Counted from the stretch's first letter, positions 1 through 9,003 are shown. The stretch is 64,000 bases of DNA from Sedimentisphaerales bacterium (GCA_963666285.1 OY762711.1); one strand, 5' to 3'. Notes: a model not told the origin generated them from the sequence alone. Program-made: numbers and translations.

Positions 1-467
1 TTGATGAAGTTGCCGGGCTAATCGAAAGTCAAGGGTTCAGCTGCCTGAGATACAGCAGGATCAAATCAGGAGAATACCAGACAACAGATAACGATAGCCA
101 GTCGATAATTCTTGGTGATACCATGGGCGACCTGCGTAAGTTTTATTCTCTGGCAGCAGTCAACTTTGTAGGTCGGTCGCTGGTGCCTATGGGCGGCTCG
201 GATATGATGGAAGCAGCGGCACTGGGCAAACCGGTAATCGTAGGACCTTATACCGAAAACTTTACCCAGACAATAGATGCCCTCAAGGCTAAAGACGGCA
301 TAATAATCGCTGAGAGCGAAAAAGAGCTTGGCGAACAAATTACCAGGCTGCTTTCTGATAATAAGTATACAAACTCAGTTGCGGATAATGGCCGCCAGGT
401 AATTATAGACAATAAAGGGGCAACTAAAAAAACTATTGCAGTTGTCCAACAGCTATTATCACAATAG
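1..467 (+). CDS. waaA: 3-deoxy-D-manno-octulosonic acid (Kdo) transferase, C-terminal part (5' end outside window)
   Basis: Open frame from window start. Motifs LGDTMGDLRKFY, FVGRSLVPMGGSDMMEAAALGKPVIVGP and NKGATKK are typical of the WaaA/KdtA C-terminus. Confidence 0.9.
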   Translation, partial: DEVAGLIESQGFSCLRYSRIKSGEYQTTDNDSQSIILGDTMGDLRKFYSLAAVNFVGRSLVPMGGSDMMEAAALGKPVIVGPYTENFTQTIDALKAKDGIIIAESEKELGEQITRLLSDNKYTNSVADNGRQVIIDNKGATKKTIAVVQQLLSQ

Positions 468-507
468 TAAACATTCACTCGACAAAAAGTATTTAAAGGA
501 GCGTACT

Positions 508-1275
508 ATGACAATCAGCAAAACAAAAACAAGTGTCGGCTTATTACTTACAGCATTAGTTTTCATTACCGGATGTAATTCAGCATGTAACAAGCAAAGC
601 CACCAGTGGCATCCTTTGTTCAAAGGAAATGCAGAAAATGGCAATTATCAGATGAAAGTTGTTAATTCAAACGATTACGATGGCAATTTTTCACTGGAGG
701 ATATTTACGAGTTTGACGGAAAAGATATCCGGGTTCTGTACAACTGGCAGGCAGACAGTGCCCCTTATGCCGTGCTAGCCACTAAAAAGCAGTATTCTAA
801 CTATGACCTAAAGTTCCAGTATAAATGGGGAACAAGAAAGTTCAAACCACGACTGGAAGCCAAACGCGATGCCGGTCTGCTGCTGCATATCCATGAGTAT
901 CGACAAGACAGCTGGCCGAGGTGTATTGAATGCCAGGTCCAGGAAGGCGACACCTGTGATATATGGCTGATAGGTTCAAACGCAGTGTGCCTGACAGAAA
1001 GCGGCGAGCCGGTTAAGTTTGATAACCCGGACGCGCCATTTAAGAATGGTAGACGCTATAAATTGAACGAAAGCGAAGACTGGACCGAGGTACTGGTCGA
1101 AGTGCGAGGCGACTCAGCAAAATATTATGTCAACGGCATGCTGGTAAACCGATTCCAGAGCAGCAGCAAAATGGACGAATCCAACAGCAAACTGGACAGC
1201 GGATACATAGGCTTACAGGCTGAGAGTGCCGAAATCACATATCGAAATGTAATGATCCGCAAGACAAAGCCTTGA
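508..1275 (+). CDS. DUF1080 (3-keto-disaccharide hydrolase) family lipoprotein
   Basis: AAGGAG RBS before ATG 508; lipobox FITGC; YSNYDLKFQYKWG, IECQVQEG and GYIGLQAESAEITYRNV motifs. Confidence 0.85.
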   Translation: MTISKTKTSVGLLLTALVFITGCNSACNKQSHQWHPLFKGNAENGNYQMKVVNSNDYDGNFSLEDIYEFDGKDIRVLYNWQADSAPYAVLATKKQYSNYDLKFQYKWGTRKFKPRLEAKRDAGLLLHIHEYRQDSWPRCIECQVQEGDTCDIWLIGSNAVCLTESGEPVKFDNPDAPFKNGRRYKLNESEDWTEVLVEVRGDSAKYYVNGMLVNRFQSSSKMDESNSKLDSGYIGLQAESAEITYRNVMIRKTKP

Positions 1276-1298
1276 CCGGACATTCTGACCGTCATTAC

Positions 1299-1343
1299 AA
1301 ATTGACATAATTTATAATCCTGAATATAATATTATGTCAATTT
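1299..1343 (+). promoter_or_regulatory. Consensus sigma70 promoter embedded in a 13-bp inverted repeat
   Basis: TTGACA (1302-1307)-N17-TATAAT (1325-1330); AAATTGACATAAT...ATTATGTCAATTT arms. Confidence 0.6.
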
Positions 1344-1415
1344 GGCCGATGGTCTTTTTGAGAATCAATCAGGTATTTTACGCTCAAAGGCGAGAAAAAG
1401 CGATTTAAGGTTACT

Positions 1416-1913
1416 ATGAGTTTCAGGCCAATAATACAATCTCTAAAAAAAAATAGCCGAAAAGAACTGCCCTTGCCAATAATCGGCTGGCGAGAATGGG
1501 TAGGACTTCCTGATTTCGGCATAGACAAGATAAAGGTTAAAGTTGATACAGGAGCAAGGTCTTCATCGCTTCATGCATTTGACCTGGAATACTTTGACCG
1601 TAAAGGAGAAAAGTGGGTTAGATTTCAGGTCCACCCAGTCCAACGTAAACGAGATAAAATTGTTGAGGTTGAAGCCAAAATACTTGAATTCAGATCTGTT
1701 CGCAGTTCAAGCGGAGTTGCCTCTCATCGACCGGTAATTGTCACCAATGTTAACCTGCTGGGACAATGCTGGCCGGTTGAACTCACTTTGGCCAGTAGAG
1801 ATGAAATGGGTTTTCGCATGCTGCTCGGTCGTGAAGCAATTCGTCGCCGATTCCTGGTTAATCCTGGTAAATCATTTTACGGCGGGAGACCCCGTCGCAG
1901 ACAAAAGCTATAA
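1416..1913 (+). CDS. RimK-associated retropepsin-like aspartic protease (RimB / 'ATP-dependent zinc protease' family)
   Basis: IGWREWV, KVDTGARSSSLH and RDEMGFRMLLGRE motifs; directly upstream of rimK. Confidence 0.9.
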   Translation: MSFRPIIQSLKKNSRKELPLPIIGWREWVGLPDFGIDKIKVKVDTGARSSSLHAFDLEYFDRKGEKWVRFQVHPVQRKRDKIVEVEAKILEFRSVRSSSGVASHRPVIVTNVNLLGQCWPVELTLASRDEMGFRMLLGREAIRRRFLVNPGKSFYGGRPRRRQKL

Positions 1914-1949
1914 CAATAGATAACAATAACTAAATAAATAAGGTAATCA

Positions 1950-3233
1950 ATGAAACTTGCGATCCTTTCCTGTGCACCAAAATGTTACAGCACACGTAGA
2001 TTACGTGAAGCTGCGTTGCAGCGCGGACACAATGTAAAAGTTCTCAACACGGTCAAATTTGCAATTGACCTTGAGCAAGGAAATCCGGATTTATATTTTC
2101 GGCAGAAGCATCTATCCCATTATGACGCGGCCCTACCACGAATTGGAGCGTCAATTACATATTTCGGTACAGCGGTGGTTCGGCAGTTTGAACAGATGGA
2201 CGTTTTTTGTGCAAACTCTTCAATGGGAATATCCAATTCCCGCGACAAACTGCGATGCCTACAGATTCTCAGCAAACATAGAATCGGGATCCCTCAAACT
2301 ACATTTGTACGCGACAGACGTGATGTACTGCCGGCTATTGAAAGAGTGGGCGGCGCACCGGTAATTATCAAATTACTTGAAGGAACACAGGGGCTAGGTG
2401 TTTTACTGGCAGAATCAGTTAAATCGGCAGAAGCAATAATAGAACTGCTGCAAAGCCAAAAACAGAATGTGTTAATCCAGAAATTTGTAGCAGAAAGCAA
2501 AGGACGCGATATCAGAGCCTTTGTTGTCGGTGACCAGGTTGTCGGTGCAATGCGACGTGTAGCCCAGGGTCATGAGTTTCGCAGCAATCTACATCGGGGT
2601 GGAATCTCAGAACCTGTTATCCTGGATGAACTTTATCGGGAAACCGCGATCAGAGCTGCTCAAATAATGGGCTTGAAAATTGCCGGTGTTGATCTGCTCG
2701 AAGGTAAAGACGGACCACAGATAATAGAGGTAAATTCATCTCCGGGATTAGAAGGGATTGAAGGCAGCACCCAGCTGGATATCGCAGGTTCGATAATCGA
2801 TTATATAGCCGCCCAGGTAAACTTCCCAGAAATTGATTTAAGACAAAGACTGACCGTAAGTCGCGGTTACGGGGTAGCAGAAATATACATACCCGAAGGC
2901 TCAATCTATGTGGGTAAAACAATCCAGGATTCAGGTTTACGTGATAGAGACATTTCCGTACTCACCCTGTACCGGCATACTACCGTAATACCAAACCCAT
3001 TCCACCATAGAGTACTGGAAGCCGGAGATCGGCTGCTTTGTTTTGGCAAACTGGAATTAATGCGTGATTTGATCCCGAAAAAAGCACATCGGAAACGTAT
3101 TCCAAAGGTTAAGGATTTGCCTGACCTGCCGGTTGCAGATGAAGTATATAAAGAGTCCGGCAAAGAAGATAGTGTTTTTATCTCTGTTGATAGTGAAGCC
3201 ACAACAAATGAAAAAGACTCCGCAACAAATTGA
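1950..3233 (+). CDS. rimK: RimK-family alpha-L-glutamate ligase (ATP-grasp) with C-terminal TrkA_C/RCK_C domain
   Basis: YSTRRLREAA, PRIGASITYFG, KLLEGTQGLGV, FRSNLHRGG and EVNSSPGLEGIE motifs. The C-terminal GKTIQDSGLRDRDISVLTLYR...IPNP...LEAGDRLLCFG segment is TrkA_C-like. Confidence 0.9.
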   Translation: MKLAILSCAPKCYSTRRLREAALQRGHNVKVLNTVKFAIDLEQGNPDLYFRQKHLSHYDAALPRIGASITYFGTAVVRQFEQMDVFCANSSMGISNSRDKLRCLQILSKHRIGIPQTTFVRDRRDVLPAIERVGGAPVIIKLLEGTQGLGVLLAESVKSAEAIIELLQSQKQNVLIQKFVAESKGRDIRAFVVGDQVVGAMRRVAQGHEFRSNLHRGGISEPVILDELYRETAIRAAQIMGLKIAGVDLLEGKDGPQIIEVNSSPGLEGIEGSTQLDIAGSIIDYIAAQVNFPEIDLRQRLTVSRGYGVAEIYIPEGSIYVGKTIQDSGLRDRDISVLTLYRHTTVIPNPFHHRVLEAGDRLLCFGKLELMRDLIPKKAHRKRIPKVKDLPDLPVADEVYKESGKEDSVFISVDSEATTNEKDSATN

Positions 3234-4293
3234 TAACGACCAATGGTTTGGTGCTACGATACTTCCCGGCGAATCGAAAGATGTCAATTTACCGGTTAGC
3301 GAAAGCTATAGTGGTATGACGGTTCAAATCCAGATACAGGTTCACCGGGCAATTGAAGATGGCCCGACTATTTTCATTGCAGCCGCTTTGCATGGCGATG
3401 AAATCAACGGAACCGGCATTATACGCCAACTGATAAAAGATGATGAATTCAATTTACGAAAAGGAACTGTAGTACTTGTACCAGTACTAAATTTACTTGC
3501 CTTTGACCGTCACTCTCGATATTTGCCAGATCGCCGAGACCTGAACAGATGTTTTCCAGGTTTAGAAAACGGCAGCCTTGCCAGCCGTATGGCCAATAGA
3601 ATATTCACTGAAATTGTTCACCGCTGCGATTACGGAATTGATCTGCATACCGCTTCAGTTCGGCGTACCAACTATCCTAACGTAAGAGGCAATATGTCAG
3701 ATCCGCAAGTACGGCAGCTTGCCAAATGTTTCGGCACTGAGCTTATACTAAACAGTAAAGGTCCCAAAGGATCATTTCGGCGAGAGGCCTGCCAGGCCGG
3801 ATGCCCAACAATAATTATGGAAGGCGGAGAAGTCTGGAAAGTTGAACCAGGAATTGTAAAAACCGGAGTTCGGGGCATAAAAAATGTGTTGCGTCATTTT
3901 GAAATGATTGAAGGCACAATAGAAAGTCCAGAGTTTCAAGTTGTTATCGAAACTTCCAGGTGGATTAGAGCTGAAAAAGGCGGATTTCTACAATTTCATG
4001 TGAAACCTGGCGATATGGTAGAAAAAGGTCAGCCGTTAGTTACAAATTCAACACTGCTCGGACATGATTTCAGCACACTTTACTCTCCGTTCAATGCCGT
4101 TGTGATCGGCATGACCAGTTTGCCGGCGATAAGTCCGGGTGAACCCATTTGCAACCTTGGCAAATTACCAAAGAATTATAAGCCGTTAGAACTTAATAAA
4201 TTACGTTCTGAAGAAGATGGGCTGGAACAAAGAGTATCCGAGGAGCTTTCTTCAAACATATTAGTTGTAGACCATTCCGATTTGAACCAATAA
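3208..4293 (+). CDS. Succinylglutamate desuccinylase/aspartoacylase (M14-like) family protein
   Basis: AALHGDEING, DLNRCFPG, IDLHT and MEGGE motifs; biotinyl-like C-terminus; overlaps the rimK end. Confidence 0.9.
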   Translation: MKKTPQQIDNDQWFGATILPGESKDVNLPVSESYSGMTVQIQIQVHRAIEDGPTIFIAAALHGDEINGTGIIRQLIKDDEFNLRKGTVVLVPVLNLLAFDRHSRYLPDRRDLNRCFPGLENGSLASRMANRIFTEIVHRCDYGIDLHTASVRRTNYPNVRGNMSDPQVRQLAKCFGTELILNSKGPKGSFRREACQAGCPTIIMEGGEVWKVEPGIVKTGVRGIKNVLRHFEMIEGTIESPEFQVVIETSRWIRAEKGGFLQFHVKPGDMVEKGQPLVTNSTLLGHDFSTLYSPFNAVVIGMTSLPAISPGEPICNLGKLPKNYKPLELNKLRSEEDGLEQRVSEELSSNILVVDHSDLNQ

Positions 4294-4524
4294 CCCCCCT
4301 CACACCTGCAATACTTATACTCGCTGCCTATGTCGATTAGGTTGTAGTCTGAATCTATCAGAATTCCAGTACCATTTGCATAACGGGCATTGCCAATAAA
4401 AAACAAAGGTTCCCCTTCCGCCTTAAAAGACATCCGGAGAACCATTTCATACAATATCAAAAGCCTGTTGATCACCAACATTTCTGCTGATTAAATACTG
4501 TTTACTTTTTGTGCAAGATAAATT

Positions 4525-6435
4525 TCATTTTATATTGAGTGTGCTGTTAACTGCCATCCTTTCCTGTGCCGCTTCAATAATCATAAGAAGCAGCTCAGAG
4601 TATGATATACCTGCCAGGCCGGCCATGATATTCATTTTACCATCCCAGCACCAGCCAGGATTCGGGTTAACTTCCAGCAGTTTTATCTTGCCCTTACTGT
4701 CGGCACGAAAATCAAACCTGGCATAGTCCCGGCAACCGCAACGCTCAAACAGCAGGTTAACATAGTCATACAGTTTGGAAAGCTCATGATCTTTAAGTTG
4801 AGCTTTTTTATACTTGATTTTGTCCCAGTAAGGAGAGTCCGGCATCCACTTGGACTCATAGCCAAGAATATGCGGCAGACCGTCCGGTAAATTACTGAAA
4901 TCGAATTCCAGCGGCGGCAGAATTTTATAGCTCATGCCGGGGTTTCCGATTACTCCGACAGTATATTCCTTTCCACTGAGGTATTCTTCTATCAACAGCG
5001 GCCTACCGGGCAGAGTTTCACGCAGCTTGTCGATATATTCAACCAGCTCTTCAGAGTTGTAAACTACCGCATTTTGGGTAATACCGATACTGGAATCGCC
5101 AAAGTTAGGCTTTACCAGTGCCGGGAAAACTGATGGTATTGTTGCTGCATTGTCATCGGTACTGAAATATGTCTCCAGCGGTACAGGTATCTCGACCGAA
5201 TCTGCAATTGAGCGTATCAGGGATTTATTATAACAGAATCCCAGTGCTGCCGGACCGGCACCGGTATAAGGCACCTGGAAAGTTTCAAGCATAGCCGGAA
5301 CATGCAGTTCCATAAATGCATCATTATTATATCCTTCATCGCATAGATTAAAAACAAACTGCGGCGGATTACATCTTAGCTGGTTAATTAAAGCTGCATG
5401 GTTATCCATATATTCAAAAGAATAGTCAGACAGCTCTCCTAAGGCAGACTTCAGCTTATTGATCGTATCAAAATCCTCGGAATTAAACTGGCCGTTTAAT
5501 TTTACTGTATCCGGCAAAGACGGGTCACCGAGCAGAACCGTTACATCTTTAAAGAGCGGCCCTTTCTTTTTAGCTTTTTTGACCTTATGCGGAGCTGTTG
5601 CAGTCAGAAAAATACGGTGGGCCATCATACCAAGATCCTGATTGCGGTCCGACTCGGAAGAATGCTCGGAATGGATACGGATATTCATAAAGCCAACATC
5701 ACTTAAAAGCTTATAGATCCGCTCCCTGTCATATAGCCTTTCGGCATAGAACTGGTCGGCAATTACCCCTTTTTCAGAGTCAACAATGACTTCGCGTGAA
5801 ATAAGCCTGAAACCATCATCGGCAAGAGAACGTTCCCGGCAGACAAAATGGCCGGAATCGATCCACTCCCAGCTGCGACGTTCAAAATTACTGCTCATCC
5901 AGTCACCATCAACCAGGTCCATGGCAAGAATACCACCAGAATTCAATACCCTCTTGATCGACTCCAGAACGGCAACATCATCTTCTTCACGCTCAAAATA
6001 GCCAAAAGAATTACCCATAACAGAGACACATTGGAACGAGTTTTCGGCAAACCTGAATTTTCGAGCATCTCCTTCGTGAAAAGAAATATCCAGTTTCTCA
6101 CTTTTAGCTCGTTTCTTCGCCAGCCGGATAAGATATCTTGAACGGTCCAGACCGGAAACATTAGCATACCCCCTGCGTGCCAGTTCGATACTGTGCCTGC
6201 CCTGACCGCAGCATAAATCGAGAATAGAGTCTCCAGGCAAAATACCCGTAGAATTTATCAGCAGGTCCACATCATTCCGAGTATTCTGGTTGTTTTCGAC
6301 AACATCGCCATCCGTTTTAAGATATAAAGAATTAAACAGCTTTTGCCACCAGTCGGTCGGCAGGTGTCTCTCTAAATCAGAAATCGGACCAAGGGTTTTA
6401 ACTCCAGCAGCTTCACCATTACGTTTTTTTGCCAT
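4525..6435 (-). CDS. Class I SAM methyltransferase fused to a D-Ala-D-Ala-ligase-like ATP-grasp domain
   Basis: N-terminal ILDLCCGQGRH, GLDRS and GNSFGYF; C-terminal VFNLCDEG, VKPNFGDSSIGI, EEYLSGKEYTV, DYARFDFR and LEVNPNPG. Confidence 0.85.
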   Translation of the reverse strand: MAKKRNGEAAGVKTLGPISDLERHLPTDWWQKLFNSLYLKTDGDVVENNQNTRNDVDLLINSTGILPGDSILDLCCGQGRHSIELARRGYANVSGLDRSRYLIRLAKKRAKSEKLDISFHEGDARKFRFAENSFQCVSVMGNSFGYFEREEDDVAVLESIKRVLNSGGILAMDLVDGDWMSSNFERRSWEWIDSGHFVCRERSLADDGFRLISREVIVDSEKGVIADQFYAERLYDRERIYKLLSDVGFMNIRIHSEHSSESDRNQDLGMMAHRIFLTATAPHKVKKAKKKGPLFKDVTVLLGDPSLPDTVKLNGQFNSEDFDTINKLKSALGELSDYSFEYMDNHAALINQLRCNPPQFVFNLCDEGYNNDAFMELHVPAMLETFQVPYTGAGPAALGFCYNKSLIRSIADSVEIPVPLETYFSTDDNAATIPSVFPALVKPNFGDSSIGITQNAVVYNSEELVEYIDKLRETLPGRPLLIEEYLSGKEYTVGVIGNPGMSYKILPPLEFDFSNLPDGLPHILGYESKWMPDSPYWDKIKYKKAQLKDHELSKLYDYVNLLFERCGCRDYARFDFRADSKGKIKLLEVNPNPGWCWDGKMNIMAGLAGISYSELLLMIIEAAQERMAVNSTLNIK

Positions 6436-6492
6436 CTTTTTGCCTTATAATAGTAGTTTATTTTATAAACAAATTTTTAGGGAAAATCTCTT

Positions 6493-6509
6493 TGCAAATC
6501 ACATGCCAA
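6493..6509 (-). promoter_or_regulatory. sigma54 (-24/-12) promoter of the methyltransferase/ATP-grasp gene
   Basis: Minus strand TTGGCATGTGATTTGCA matches TGGCAC-N5-TTGCW, about 60 nt upstream of the start codon. Confidence 0.75.
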
Positions 6510-6645
6510 AAAAAACATCTTTTGCCATACTAAACTGTTATTCCGGCTATCAGTCTTTATATCAGGACTTTATTATATTTTCAGTGATGAAGAGTTATCT
6601 TTATAAATATCAAAGAACTAAATTTGAGTAGCAAATACATCAAAA

Positions 6646-6663
6646 ACGGAATTTAGATTCCGA
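6646..6663. promoter_or_regulatory. Putative enhancer (UAS) CGGAA-N6-TTCCG
   Basis: ACGGAATTTAGATTCCGA lies about 140 bp upstream of the sigma54 promoter; the same motif recurs at 8241-8284. Confidence 0.6.
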
Positions 6664-6674
6664 TATCTTTCGTA

Positions 6675-8102
6675 TTATTTGTAATCATTTTTATTCAGTT
6701 TGTAATATTTCATCTTATTAAAAAGAGTACGCTGGTCAATACCTGCCTTTTGGGCTGTCTTGTCTATTCGACCTTCATTCAGCCTAAGCAAAGAAGCCAG
6801 ATATACCGGTTCAAACTGTTCGATCAATGCCTTATTAGCATCCTTGAGAGGTTTTTTAAGCCATTTATCAGGTATGGTAGCTTCGTCGAGGTTAATTTTT
6901 TTAGATATTGCCGGTGATTGCGGCAAAACCAGCATACCGGTCAACGAAGCCGGTAAATCCTCAGGAGTAATAATATCCGTTTCAGCCAGCAGCATAGCAC
7001 GCTCTATAATATTAATCAATTCCCTGACATTTCCAGGCCAGTTATAATCCACCAGCATATTCAAAGAGGCGTCATCTATGCCGGTAACATCACTGTTTAT
7101 TCTTGGGCCAAGATATCGAATATAGCTTTCTACCAGTTCAGGAATATCTTCTTTGCGGTCTCGCAGCGGAGGTATTGTTAGTGAGACTACATTCAACCGG
7201 TAAAATAAATCCTGACGAAACCTCTTTGCCTGCGCCTCTTTTTCCAGGTCGCGATTGGTCGCCGCCATAATCCTGACATCAATTGGAATCGGCTTTTCAC
7301 TACCAAGGCTTTTAATCTCTCTATTCTCCAGTACCCTCAATAATTTCACCTGCAAATGCAGCGGCATATCGCCAATTTCATCTAAAAATAATGTCCCCTG
7401 ATGTGCCATTTCAAAGCAGCCTCTTCGCGACCTGGCAGCACCTGTAAAAGCACCTAATTCATGACCAAAAAGTTCACTTTCCAACAGGTTTTCCGGCAAT
7501 GCCCCGCAATTTACGGCAATAAATGCTCCGTCTGAACGCGAGCTCTCTGAGTGTATCGCATGGGCCAGCCTTTCTTTACCAACGCCGGTTTCCCCCAGTA
7601 TCAAAACAGTAGAATTACTTTTGACAACCCTTCTTGCTATTCGCGTAAACTCTCTCATTGCAAGACTTTGTGAAACAAAATCTTCTAAGGAAGGGTCGGC
7701 CAGCTCTTTTCTCTTAGAAAAATTAGCCTCGGCAATCAGACGGCTTTTCTCTAAAAGAGAACTTACAATCAACTTCATTTTTCGTGGCGTAAAATTGCGA
7801 TATAATACGGCATCGAATCCGGAAGCTAATAGCATGGCATGAGTTTCATTGTCTTTACTGCTGGTAATGTTGACAAACACCGGTGCTGCTGTCTCATTTT
7901 TTATCTCCTGGATATCTTTCAGTATTCTGCGGGAAATCAGATCATGATCTATAAACATAGCATCACATGAATCACTCGAAAAATGGTCAGAGATATCTTC
8001 CGGTTCAACATCCGTAACTGTCGTCTCAAATTCTGCCAAAAGGTTCTTAATCTTCTTGCGTAATTTATCTTCCTGGATTGCCAGGGCAACTCTCTGCAGC
8101 AT
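6675..8102 (-). CDS. sigma54-dependent enhancer-binding protein (atypical receiver + AAA+ + Fis HTH)
   Basis: GETGVGKE, ESELFGHELGAFTGA, LFLDEIG, FRQDLFYRLNV, WPGNVREL and a C-terminal HTH. Confidence 0.95.
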   Translation of the reverse strand: MLQRVALAIQEDKLRKKIKNLLAEFETTVTDVEPEDISDHFSSDSCDAMFIDHDLISRRILKDIQEIKNETAAPVFVNITSSKDNETHAMLLASGFDAVLYRNFTPRKMKLIVSSLLEKSRLIAEANFSKRKELADPSLEDFVSQSLAMREFTRIARRVVKSNSTVLILGETGVGKERLAHAIHSESSRSDGAFIAVNCGALPENLLESELFGHELGAFTGAARSRRGCFEMAHQGTLFLDEIGDMPLHLQVKLLRVLENREIKSLGSEKPIPIDVRIMAATNRDLEKEAQAKRFRQDLFYRLNVVSLTIPPLRDRKEDIPELVESYIRYLGPRINSDVTGIDDASLNMLVDYNWPGNVRELINIIERAMLLAETDIITPEDLPASLTGMLVLPQSPAISKKINLDEATIPDKWLKKPLKDANKALIEQFEPVYLASLLRLNEGRIDKTAQKAGIDQRTLFNKMKYYKLNKNDYK

Positions 8103-8240
8103 ACCTTAAACCTCATAAATATTATTGTTATCCTACATCTAAACATAAAAAATGCCTATTGCTCGCCAAACATGGATAAATGAAACTCGTATCCAGGTAA
8201 AACACGAACGAGCTAAATATAGCTAACACAATACCACCCT

Positions 8241-8284
8241 ATATCGGAATTATAATTCCGATATTTTCGGAAGTCAATTACCGA
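8241..8284. promoter_or_regulatory. Tandem enhancer (UAS) sites
   Basis: Perfect 24-bp palindrome ATATCGGAATTATAATTCCGATAT (8241-8264) followed by TCGGAAGTCAATTACCGA (8267-8284). Confidence 0.65.
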
Positions 8285-8380
8285 TTATTTTTTTTTATTC
8301 GTCACCCTCCAAATACTTCCACCGCTAATAAACACTTATAATATAAACACTTAAAAAAACAATTTATCAACTCAACGGTT

Positions 8381-8397
8381 TTGGCACAGCAATTGTA
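8381..8397 (+). promoter_or_regulatory. sigma54-like promoter
   Basis: TTGGCACAGCAATTGTA: perfect -24 element, one mismatch in -12 (TTGT for TTGC); about 100-120 bp downstream of the UAS pair. Confidence 0.55.
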
Positions 8398-8448
8398 TTT
8401 TGAAAAATCCGAAAATTATCAAAGAATAGAAATCGCAGGTATAACAAT

Positions 8449-8556
8449 ATGCAAAAGAAAAGTGTTAAAACCAAAACAAAAAGTCAGGTAAAGACAAACC
8501 AGAGGAAAACCAATCCAAAAGAAAATTGTTTTAGACCTGAAAGACCAAAACGGTAA
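8449..8556 (+). CDS. Putative small basic peptide (35 aa)
   Basis: MQKKSVKTKTKSQVKTNQRKTNPKENCFRPERPKR, preceded by AGGT; first ORF after the sigma54-like promoter. Confidence 0.3.
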   Translation: MQKKSVKTKTKSQVKTNQRKTNPKENCFRPERPKR

Positions 8557-8620
8557 TAAAAAAACATAATAATCGTGTCACTTTTTATTTTATTACTCTA
8601 ATTTACGAAAGGTTATTTAA

Positions 8621-8911
8621 ATGGCAGAACAAAAAAAGACAACAGCGAAAAAGGCTACAGCAAAAAAATCTGTAAAGAAAGCTGCTCCTAAGGCTGCTAA
8701 GAAAGCTGTAAAGAAGGCTGCTCCTAAGGCTGCTAAGAAAGCTGTAAAGAAAGCCGCTCCAAAGGCTGCTAAAAAAGCTGTAAAGAAGGCTGCTCCTAAG
8801 GCTGCTAAAAAAGCTGTAAAGAAGGCCGCTCCTAAGGCTGCTAAAAAAGCTGTAAAGAAAGCCGCTCCTAAGGCTGCTAAGAAAGCTGCTCCAAAAGCTG
8901 TAAAGAAATAA
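8621..8911 (+). CDS. Histone H1-like (Hc2/AlgP-like) Lys/Ala/Pro repeat DNA-binding protein
   Basis: 96 aa with six VKKAAPKAAKKA repeats; AAAGG RBS; the repeats vary only at synonymous positions in this frame. Confidence 0.85.
   Translation: MAEQKKTTAKKATAKKSVKKAAPKAAKKAVKKAAPKAAKKAVKKAAPKAAKKAVKKAAPKAAKKAVKKAAPKAAKKAVKKAAPKAAKKAAPKAVKK
8672..8887 (+). repeat. 6 x 36-bp tandem coding repeat
   Basis: Unit GTAAAGAARGCYGCTCCWAAGGCTGCTAARAAAGCT. Confidence 0.95.
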
Positions 8912-9003
8912 CACTCCTTTCGCAGGGATGATAACCGGTTCATCCCTGGTGTCAAAAGGAAAAGAACAAAAGAAGCTATTATAAAATAGCAAACTGGAGT
9001 TTC

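Noticed and set aside
4176..4481. 101-aa minus-strand ORF between the convergent operons
   Set aside because: Overlaps the ASPA-like gene, has no recognisable motif or clear RBS; possibly a remnant but unsupported.
8672..8887. 36-bp repeats resembling CRISPR repeat length
   Set aside because: Head-to-tail with no spacers, in-frame coding, and no cas genes.
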